A stretch of 55,056 nt of DNA from Lentisphaeria bacterium. Lineage in GTDB: Bacteria > Verrucomicrobiota > Lentisphaeria > JABSQK01 > JAWLHB01. Every line of letters starts with the position of its first letter. Within the stretch, counting starts at the first letter, position 1. This document shows positions 47,440 to 55,056 of the stretch, one piece after another. The stretch covers positions 1-55,056 of the forward strand of contig JAWLHB010000053.1 in assembly GCA_041690595.1 (NCBI GenBank), given 5' to 3'. A model generated the notes under the pieces. That model saw only the letters and a program-made list of their open reading frames with translations. It had not been told where the DNA came from and did not search any database. The translations under genes and the position numbers were made by a program.

Positions 47440-49560
47440 GTGACTCGCACGTTGACTAGTCGTCCGCAGCGTAAGGCGCGGTGTCAGCTTCATGCCGTTC
47501 TGGCAGCTACCCTCGCTGGTATGGCCGCTCTCGCCCTTGCCGCCGTCGGCGGCGAATCCACCACCGCTATGGAGCACATACCGCTGCCTCCCGGCTACGA
47601 GTATCCCGTTATCCCCACCGTTCAGCTTCCAGATCCGCTCTTCCAGCAATCCGCGGATACCTGCGTCTCCTGTAGTGGCGAGATCAATGGCATCCGCCTC
47701 TGGTACAAGGACTTCGCGGGCTGGCGCTTCGATCTCGATTGTTATGCCGGCAAGGCGGTCACGTGGGACTTCCTCACCTTCGAGCATGGCTTCAAGTCCT
47801 GCTGGACAGGGCCACAGCATGCCATCCGCCTCTATTCCCATTCCGAGACCGGCGTTCGCGTCGTCACCCGCCAGAGGCTCGTCGTCTTCGAACGGCAGAT
47901 CGACGATGACGGCGGTGCTTCGCTCGTCTGCATCTCCGATGATGATTGGTCGATCCAACGGGACGGTCAGCGAGTCATCGTCGACTCTCCCGAGCGCTGG
48001 TGGGCTTTCGAGACACCCGATTTCGGCGCCACCTGGCGCGTCGTCGAAAGCTCCAGCCACACCTTTCCCTTTCCTGTCAAGCTGCATTACGAGGGGCCTT
48101 CGCCCACTCTCCCTTCCGCCATCGAATACCCGGACGGCGCCAGAACCCGCCTTGAACCCGCCAAGGGCAGCGACGCCGTCGGCAGGATCACCTTGCCCAA
48201 CGGCATCGAGTATCATATCGCCTACGACCCCAACGGCTTTCCCAACTCCCTCGAAGAATACGTCCCGCGGGAGCAGAAGAAGGTGATGGATGGCTTTACC
48301 GTCGCCAACGTCGATGGCGAGGTCAAGCAGCAACTCCGCTACAAGACCATCGCGCCGAAAACGGCCCTCGCTCGCCGGTGGTGCTGGGAGAATGACAGCC
48401 TCGGCCGCATCCGCCTCATGATCGGCCCCTGCGGCAACGAGACGGATATCAGCTTCGCCAACCACACCAGCCAGGAAGGCACCGAAAGCCTCACCATCGC
48501 TACCGACAGGGCAACCGGCCGCTATCGCTATCTGCGTCACCTCGAGAAAGACGCCACCTGGACCATCGACCGCGGTCACGGCCCCAAAGAGCTGCCCCTC
48601 GACCAGGCCGTGCTGGATCGGCGTACCGTGCAGCGCCGCATCCGCAACGAGATGAAGGTGGTCCGGATTCAGCAGGGCGCCTCCGCCGAGGCAACGGTCA
48701 TTCACTATGCGCCGGACGGCAAGGAAGAACGACGGGAGCTGGTCGGCGAAAATGGCGCCGTCGTGGCCACCGCCCCCGCGCAGCATGAGGACGCCGCCTC
48801 ACCCTGGATGCGGGAAGCGAACCGCATCGTCGCCGCCGAATTCGGCGGTCGCCGTATTACCTATGGCTATACGGACAAAGGGCTCCTCGACACCGCCAGC
48901 GTGGATGGACGCCTCTATCGCTTCCTGGTTGACCCATTGGGCCGCCTGAAAGAGTACGAAACCCCCGACGGCGCCCGCCGCTGCTGGACCTACTGGCCCG
49001 CCAATCTGCTGCACACCAGCTCCCTCTATCTTCGTACCGGGTCGACCGCGGCGGACGGCCAACCCACGTACCAGTGTGTCGACTCCACCTCCTTCGACTA
49101 CGACGATTGGCGGCGCCTGGCCAGACGCCAGCCGGTCGGCCGGCCCGCCGAGTCCTGCGACTATACCTGCGACGGCCTCCGCAAGTTCCTGCGCCACGAC
49201 CAGCGCCTCATCACCTTCACCTACCGCGACGGTCGCCTTGTCCGTCGCTCAGAAAAACCCCTTGCCAACGCACCCACTTCCGCCCAGCCCGCTACCGAGA
49301 TTCGCTACAAGTACTTCGACGACGGCCATCTGCAAGGCATGCAGTGCCTCTGTCCGGGGGCCGATCCGCAGATTGTCTGGTACCGCTACGACAACGAGGG
49401 GCTGCGCCACGTGCTGCGCACCGAGGGGCCAGTGGCGCCCGCCGACCTGCGCCGGGTCGCCGCCTCGGCGGCTGGAGCCGACACCTTTGCGCGACAGGCA
49501 CGTCATCTCAACCGCTTCGGTGCGGTGATCGAAACTGTTTCTGAAACGATTGGCAAGTAA
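47440..49560 (+). CDS. Exported YD/RHS-repeat-like protein without C-terminal toxin domain
   Basis: YD-like repeats (YPDG, YDPNG, YGYTDKGLL, VDPLGRL..ETPDG, FDYDDWRRL, FTYRDGRL, YRYDNEG) and a hydrophobic N-terminal stretch. Start uncertain (47260-47521). Confidence 0.65.
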   Translation: MTRTLTSRPQRKARCQLHAVLAATLAGMAALALAAVGGESTTAMEHIPLPPGYEYPVIPTVQLPDPLFQQSADTCVSCSGEINGIRLWYKDFAGWRFDLDCYAGKAVTWDFLTFEHGFKSCWTGPQHAIRLYSHSETGVRVVTRQRLVVFERQIDDDGGASLVCISDDDWSIQRDGQRVIVDSPERWWAFETPDFGATWRVVESSSHTFPFPVKLHYEGPSPTLPSAIEYPDGARTRLEPAKGSDAVGRITLPNGIEYHIAYDPNGFPNSLEEYVPREQKKVMDGFTVANVDGEVKQQLRYKTIAPKTALARRWCWENDSLGRIRLMIGPCGNETDISFANHTSQEGTESLTIATDRATGRYRYLRHLEKDATWTIDRGHGPKELPLDQAVLDRRTVQRRIRNEMKVVRIQQGASAEATVIHYAPDGKEERRELVGENGAVVATAPAQHEDAASPWMREANRIVAAEFGGRRITYGYTDKGLLDTASVDGRLYRFLVDPLGRLKEYETPDGARRCWTYWPANLLHTSSLYLRTGSTAADGQPTYQCVDSTSFDYDDWRRLARRQPVGRPAESCDYTCDGLRKFLRHDQRLITFTYRDGRLVRRSEKPLANAPTSAQPATEIRYKYFDDGHLQGMQCLCPGADPQIVWYRYDNEGLRHVLRTEGPVAPADLRRVAASAAGADTFARQARHLNRFGAVIETVSETIGK

Positions 49561-49585
49561 ACAACGAACGAGGGAGGGGGAATCC

Positions 49586-52500
49586 ATGAGTGAGCGTATC
49601 CGTAAACTGGTTGCGAAGAACCGGGCCTTCATCCGCAACGGCATGTTCATCCTGATGCTGCCGCTGCTGGCGCTGGTCAGCATTCCCATCGTTCACCTCA
49701 TCGGTGAGGTGATTCCCGACATCTTCGAGCATTGCGGCACCGGTCCATCCCCCAGCACCGCCCCCTGCTACACCAACAATCTGCCGATCGGCTGTACCTC
49801 CGTCTCCATCTTCGTCATGCCGGCCGAGTTCAGCGAAGGCGCCGGTCCTGGCGCGGGATCGGGGCTGGTCGCACTCGACTGCCTCTCCAATGGCGTCCCC
49901 GTCTATCTCATCAGCAACGACACCACCGAGGCGACCGTTCCCACCTTCGTGATCATACCCAGCGGCGTATCCACCGCTACCTTCGCCATCGATGCCGTCG
50001 ACGACGATCTGGACGATGGCGATCAGGAAGTCGTCATCTCCGCCTCCATCTCCACCACTATCTCCGCGGATGCAGCCATCACCGTGACGGATGACGAGCT
50101 GACCGCGCTCGAGCTGCCCACCCCCGAAAACTTCGCCTACGAAAGCTGCACCCTCATCGAAGCCGCCACCGTCGGCCCGGCTACCTTGAGCATCAATCTG
50201 CCCGTGGAAGAGGATCTGCCCTTGGGTACCACCGTCTACGCCGATATCGAGCCCAAACCGGTTGCCCGCACCGATGGCAAGGTCGATGTCATCTGGCGTC
50301 GACTCACCCCCCCGTTCGATACCATCAGCAGCGAGAGTGTCATCATCCCCGTGCTCAAAGTGGTTGCCACGTATGCCTGGCGCAGCAACGGCGAGTTGCT
50401 CAGTTCGGAAGCGCAGTTCACCCCGCCCACCGCCGGTACCTACGAGGTCCAGGCCACCCTCTCCGCCATACTGGCGAACGTCACCGGCGACGGCGTCCTC
50501 CTCACCTGCGCCCAGGAGCCAGTGTTAGTCACGAATACCGTCACCTTCACGGTTCGCGGTGGCGAGCTTATTTCGCCAAACGATCTGCCAGGCTCCGGCG
50601 ACAACTGGATGACCTTGACCCTTACCGCCAACCCCAACTACATGTGGCTTAACGATCCGCCAACCAACGCGCTGCAACTGACCCGGAGCGGCGCCGGCAC
50701 CGGCATCAGCAGACCGCTTTACGTGTGGGCAACCAACCGTTGGCTTTACTACAAGTACAACTACTACTTCTATTACTACTGGCACTACTACCATGTCTGG
50801 ATCGGAAGCCTGTCGCCCAACTGGGTCTACTTCGCACCCGGCGAAACCGGCAGCAAAGCGATTCAGATATCGCCGCATCTCAGTAGCTATTGCTTCGGCG
50901 ACCTGGAGGTGCCAGTGAACATCGAATTCAGGTACTGGCATCCCGTAGAGGGTACAATCTCTTATGTCTCCACGCCTTTCACCTTCTACAATCCCAAATG
51001 CCCGCCCAAGCTCAAGGTGACGCTGGAAAACGATACCATCTTTGAAAGCGATCGAAACGACCAGGTCAATTTTACCCACGCCACCGTTACCCGCCTGACG
51101 CAGGACCTGAGCCAGCCGCTTACCGTCCAGCTCAGCTGCTCTCTCCCCGACTTCGTCGAAGTTCTGGAGGACACCCTGAATGCTCCCGCCAGCTACAGTG
51201 GTGCCACCCTCGCCGAAGGAATCGAGGCGAGCTTCGATGCCCCCGCCGACCTCAGTAGTGCCACCTTCTCCGAAGGGACTACGGAGAGCCTCAATGCTCC
51301 CGCCGACTTCAGCAGTGTCACTTACGACCAGATATTAGAGGAGAGCCTCAATGCTCCCGCCGATTCAAATGGCGCCACCTCCTTCGAAGCAACGGAGGAG
51401 ACCCTCTCCAATCCCGCCGATTTCAGTCCTGCCACCTTCGCCATGCAGACCGTCGACGCCTCAACGGGCTCCGTCCTGATTCCCGCCGGTCACAAGAGCG
51501 CCTCCTTCATCGTACGGGCTATCGATGACGATCGCCCGCAAGGGATCCGAGCCGCCTTGATCCTCGCTCAGGCAGACGGTCACCAAGGTGGAAAGGCCGA
51601 CATCAACGTCTGGAGCGACGACGGCCAACTGGATCTCGGTACCGACAGCGACAACGACGGCGTTGTCACCCCCGGACCGATTGACAGCATTGCCGGCGAC
51701 CGCGGCGCCAGCTCCCCCGACGATGCCGTCGAAGATGAGCAGCCCAACTACTTCCCCATCAACACTGCCGATGTAGACGGTGATGGTAATGAAGACTACC
51801 GTAACGCACCCGCGGTCTTCGACCCTGAAGCGTATCCCTATGTTATCATTTCCACTGCTCCCGAAATCTGGAGCAAAGCGTTGGAGGCAAAGCTGGATGC
51901 TCCCAACCATGAGTTCCCGTACACATACACGCTCGATCTGCAGTTCCCAGATTGGAATGGTGACCTGTGCATTCACGCCTTTGTCTCGTCGCCAACGGGG
52001 GTGATCACAAGTATGTCCGATATTGAACTGTTTAACTTTTTCTACTACAATCCGCCCGCGGGTGGAGTCAAAGTCTATGTTGTACCCCGCGCCAATGTGA
52101 TCGGACTGCTCGGTGAAGGTTCTCCGTTTCCCTTGACCGCCAAGCACCACTGGCATCATGGCGGCGGCGGACCGATCGCCGGCGTCGAGAACGACGATAA
52201 GGACGTGGATACGGTATCCGTCATCTTCACGCGTGCCGAGATTATGGCAGGGGCGCCGGGTGTGCACCCTTACCTGCAAAGTGACGGCGCGGATGCTCAC
52301 CGCATCTTCAAGCGCAAGGAAGGCGGCTGGCTCCCGCTCAACCAACTCGACAATGATTACAATGGCGAGGGCAACCCACCCGGTAATGGCACCCCCGACT
52401 GCAACGAAACTCCCGCTACCCTTGCATCCCTGGATGGCCTCTCGAAAGTCTCACTGGGATTCTGGCCCAGCATGGCCAGAATCCCCGGCAGCAGTTGCGA

Positions 52501-54187
52501 CCTCGAGGTGGAGGGGGCAGCCGTTCGCCTGCTCCTTGTCGACCCCCTCCCAGATGGTGGCTACTCCGTCGCCGTCGCCAACAGCCCCCTCACCGTGACC
52601 GCGGACAATCCATACTCCAATCTTTACGTCGTAGGTATTCAGAACGGCTCCGCCACCCTTCGCCTGAACGGCATTCTGCCCGGCACCGAGAAGCTCATCT
52701 ACTCCGACAAGCAAGTACTCACCGTCGGCAGCATCGACATCGATGCGCCCACGAGCAATGTCATGAATCCCCAAGCCCACGACGAGGAGTTGGCCGAGGG
52801 CGAAGTGGATGGCGGAGTACTGATGGCTGTCAGTTCCGACCCAGACAATTCTTGGACGGACGAAAACCTCCTCCCGCTCACCCTCACGGTGAATCACGAT
52901 TCGATTCCAACGGACGTTTCCTTTGTGAAGTTCGCGGGCCTCAGCGATAACTTGTTCCTGCTCTACCAGAAAGACGGTACCATCAAGCAATGGACAAGTG
53001 GTACTGTTCTCTGCATTGCCGACGGCCTGCCGTCTGAGTTGAAGCTCAAAGCTACAGGGCCGCTCAATTCGCATTCGCTGAAAGCCGAATACTTTGTGGG
53101 AGACTCTGTTTATTCAATCTACTCGACTGACTCCCTGTCAGTTACAGCTGTCCTTATTGATATAAGGATGGACATTGATTCTGATGGTGACATTGATTCT
53201 ATTGACGACCAGAATGAACAATCATTAGGCGGGGTGTGTTTCCAGAACATTGATAATGACGATGCATCATCCATCTTTCTACCGGATATACATAAGTCTT
53301 CTGTTATCGGAGAAGATGATCTTGTGGAGGTAGTAGTTTACTCTCCTCGAACATCGTTTGGCACGATGACATTAACAGTTAGTTCCACATCAATAAGACT
53401 TTGGGAGTCAAGTGATAAAAACAATCAACCTGTATTGATGCCTCTCGTTCTTGATGTTGCCACGACGTCATTCCCAATTACATTGTATGTTGAAGGATAT
53501 CATAGCAGCTCTTCAGTTCGAGACCAAAATATCAAACTTGAGTTTTCGCTGAATGGGGTGAATAGTCTCGTGCCTGATATTATTCTGCTCACTGTTGTGC
53601 GATTGAATCTCGGTATTGCAGTCTATCGAAAAATGACTATCAGTCTCCTTGAAGATTATGAGCATGCCGCGCTTGTTTCTGAATATACAGGTAGACGGTT
53701 GCTTAGCGACTTAAAGGATAAATTCAATTGGCTTACGATTGAAGAGGCACCGGGAGGAATTCACACAAGCAATTTGCACTACTTCGAGGCCGCTAAACCA
53801 CCAATTACAGGTTACTGCCAAACACCGAACATAACAGATTCCCAACGAAATAGGATCATTGATAATGCCAAGCGGAGTCTATCTTTAAATTTCGGATATG
53901 CCTACTATGGCTTTGGCAGTGTTGCAATTGATTGGAAAGGCTTAACTTGGGACAAAACTCTGGAGGATATTGAGGATTTGCGATGCGACGGACTAGTGGA
54001 AGTCTGTTATGAATTGACCGGAGAAGAAGTTTGGGGAAAGAATGCAACCAACTATCCTATACAGAATCATCCAAATGAGCATAACAATTTTGGCCGTAAT
54101 TCGCATGAGCTTTCTCCTTTTACTCAAAGGGCATCAACGTCCTCTAGATTCGTAACGGCTGTACTATACGAACCCAGTTTACCGTAA
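49586..54187 (+). CDS. Large exported multidomain protein: Calx-beta-like domains, DxDxDG modules, low-GC C-terminal permuted NlpC/P60-like domain (putative polymorphic toxin)
   Basis: RBS before MSERIRK; N-terminal TM/signal; VIIPSGVSTATFAIDAVDDDLDDGDQEV is Calx-beta-like; D-rich Ca-binding motifs; C-terminal EHAAL...Y...RCDGLVEVCYE. Confidence 0.7.
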   Translation: MSERIRKLVAKNRAFIRNGMFILMLPLLALVSIPIVHLIGEVIPDIFEHCGTGPSPSTAPCYTNNLPIGCTSVSIFVMPAEFSEGAGPGAGSGLVALDCLSNGVPVYLISNDTTEATVPTFVIIPSGVSTATFAIDAVDDDLDDGDQEVVISASISTTISADAAITVTDDELTALELPTPENFAYESCTLIEAATVGPATLSINLPVEEDLPLGTTVYADIEPKPVARTDGKVDVIWRRLTPPFDTISSESVIIPVLKVVATYAWRSNGELLSSEAQFTPPTAGTYEVQATLSAILANVTGDGVLLTCAQEPVLVTNTVTFTVRGGELISPNDLPGSGDNWMTLTLTANPNYMWLNDPPTNALQLTRSGAGTGISRPLYVWATNRWLYYKYNYYFYYYWHYYHVWIGSLSPNWVYFAPGETGSKAIQISPHLSSYCFGDLEVPVNIEFRYWHPVEGTISYVSTPFTFYNPKCPPKLKVTLENDTIFESDRNDQVNFTHATVTRLTQDLSQPLTVQLSCSLPDFVEVLEDTLNAPASYSGATLAEGIEASFDAPADLSSATFSEGTTESLNAPADFSSVTYDQILEESLNAPADSNGATSFEATEETLSNPADFSPATFAMQTVDASTGSVLIPAGHKSASFIVRAIDDDRPQGIRAALILAQADGHQGGKADINVWSDDGQLDLGTDSDNDGVVTPGPIDSIAGDRGASSPDDAVEDEQPNYFPINTADVDGDGNEDYRNAPAVFDPEAYPYVIISTAPEIWSKALEAKLDAPNHEFPYTYTLDLQFPDWNGDLCIHAFVSSPTGVITSMSDIELFNFFYYNPPAGGVKVYVVPRANVIGLLGEGSPFPLTAKHHWHHGGGGPIAGVENDDKDVDTVSVIFTRAEIMAGAPGVHPYLQSDGADAHRIFKRKEGGWLPLNQLDNDYNGEGNPPGNGTPDCNETPATLASLDGLSKVSLGFWPSMARIPGSSCDLEVEGAAVRLLLVDPLPDGGYSVAVANSPLTVTADNPYSNLYVVGIQNGSATLRLNGILPGTEKLIYSDKQVLTVGSIDIDAPTSNVMNPQAHDEELAEGEVDGGVLMAVSSDPDNSWTDENLLPLTLTVNHDSIPTDVSFVKFAGLSDNLFLLYQKDGTIKQWTSGTVLCIADGLPSELKLKATGPLNSHSLKAEYFVGDSVYSIYSTDSLSVTAVLIDIRMDIDSDGDIDSIDDQNEQSLGGVCFQNIDNDDASSIFLPDIHKSSVIGEDDLVEVVVYSPRTSFGTMTLTVSSTSIRLWESSDKNNQPVLMPLVLDVATTSFPITLYVEGYHSSSSVRDQNIKLEFSLNGVNSLVPDIILLTVVRLNLGIAVYRKMTISLLEDYEHAALVSEYTGRRLLSDLKDKFNWLTIEEAPGGIHTSNLHYFEAAKPPITGYCQTPNITDSQRNRIIDNAKRSLSLNFGYAYYGFGSVAIDWKGLTWDKTLEDIEDLRCDGLVEVCYELTGEEVWGKNATNYPIQNHPNEHNNFGRNSHELSPFTQRASTSSRFVTAVLYEPSLP
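51164..51442 (+). repeat. Five diverged in-frame 57-bp (19-aa) tandem repeats
   Basis: [N/D/S][A/N]PA motifs start at 51179, 51236, 51293, 51350 and 51407, an exact 57-bp period; consensus ~EESLNAPADFSSATF. Confidence 0.9.
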
Positions 54188-54211
54188 CAACTTATGAACA
54201 GAAGGCATGAT

Positions 54212-54925
54212 ATGAAGTACATTCTCATTGTGACCATCACTTCTCTTTTTATATTTCACGCACTTGCAAAGGCTGAATCCACTGATTATTATAGGAATTA
54301 CGTGTCTATAATCGAAAATGATAAACTCTCATCATCAGAGAAGCTTGGTGCTATAGACGAAGGTCTTCGTCAGCTAAGCAAGAATGATTTCTTGCTCTTT
54401 ATCAGAGAGTTTGTTGAACAAAGCAAGAATCCGGATGATCCTGAAACTGTGGGTATTTCAATGGGAGTTTTTGCTTATTCCTATTTGAGAGGTTCTGGGA
54501 AGGGAGAGCCGCTTCTTGAGACGCTAAATCAGATCAATGATGGTGCGCTTCATTACTGGTGGAAAATGGCCTTGCTTCACGCACTGCATTTGGATAAGTA
54601 TGAAGCTCTAATGAAGCCTGAAGATGTATCCCAAGTTGTCATCTTGATTGGCAAATGTTCATTGGCGGATAACCATCCATTCATGCTTCGCAAACAGGCA
54701 TTAAGGTGTCTTTATCGGTACATATCATCTCAGATGGAACTATTGTCTATTGACCATGATGGCGTCTATTTTTTGTTGTCTAGAAAAGATAAGAGCGCCG
54801 CTGTTCAAGGAAAAGATAAGCAGATGTTAGAGAAGTGGAAAGCCATTATTGATTCATACAACGAAATCATTGATGCGTTTAATGGCAAGAATCCGGACAT
54901 CTCAGACACTCCTGGCAAGATATAG
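54212..54925 (+). CDS. Low-GC exported helical protein, putative immunity protein
   Basis: Directly follows the toxin-like gene with the same AT-rich composition. Signal peptide MKYILIV...AKA. Alternative start at 54194. Confidence 0.55.
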   Translation: MKYILIVTITSLFIFHALAKAESTDYYRNYVSIIENDKLSSSEKLGAIDEGLRQLSKNDFLLFIREFVEQSKNPDDPETVGISMGVFAYSYLRGSGKGEPLLETLNQINDGALHYWWKMALLHALHLDKYEALMKPEDVSQVVILIGKCSLADNHPFMLRKQALRCLYRYISSQMELLSIDHDGVYFLLSRKDKSAAVQGKDKQMLEKWKAIIDSYNEIIDAFNGKNPDISDTPGKI

Positions 54926-54957
54926 ATGGACCTATCTGGAGTCTGGAGTCTACGCTG

Positions 54958-55056
54958 CCTGAAATCTGCAGCGAAGTGATACCTATAATTGGGGCGGGGG
55001 CAGGCCGATCACGTCGAGCCATTCGCGCTGACGTTTCGTGATCTCGCGCATGAGCC
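54958..55056 (-). mobile_element. Probable right end of an IS element (3' end of IS1634/IS4-like transposase and terminal sequence)
   Basis: Minus frame 55054-54983 reads LMREITKRQREWLDVIGLPPPQL*, resembling the EITKxQRE..L.LG C-termini of IS1634-like transposases. It is followed by ...GCAGATTTCAGG at the GC boundary. Only 23 codons are visible. Confidence 0.4.

Noticed and set aside
50741..50800. Diversity-generating retroelement variable region
   Set aside because: No template repeat and no reverse transcriptase seen in the window, and the patch is not C-terminal.

Overview
GC-rich bacterial DNA whose gene content (H-X9-DG/DUF1559-type prepilins behind GntR regulators, large secreted carbohydrate-enzyme-like proteins) points to the PVC superphylum, probably Lentisphaerota-like; this taxonomy is inference. 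(1) 1-470: a REP-like palindromic repeat array and a 10-bp tandem repeat. (2) 0.6-15.8 kb, minus strand: a glycan-utilisation-like locus of GntR-SBP regulator, prepilin, three paralogous ~1100-1300 aa glycoside-hydrolase-like proteins and two alpha/beta hydrolases. (3) 16-24 kb: a lipoprotein, a minus-strand catabolic cluster (SGNH esterase, BNR sialidase-like, RraA-like, PHP, URO-D-like) and an oligogalacturonate-lyase-like gene. (4) 24.2-39 kb: a type II secretion-like operon behind a sigma54 promoter. It starts with a small periplasmic helical protein and ends in a translationally coupled histidine kinase and sigma54 response regulator. Its secretin appears split into two genes, each with its own signal peptide, with the break inside the last N-domain. 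(5) 39-46 kb: a lyase-like protein and a second GntR-prepilin-enzyme module. (6) 47-55 kb: a stand-alone YD-repeat protein, a ~1500 aa Calx-beta/Ca-binding protein with a low-GC permuted NlpC/P60-like C-terminus, a low-GC putative immunity gene, and probably the 3' end of an IS transposase. All family calls come from reading motifs by eye; no database searches were run.
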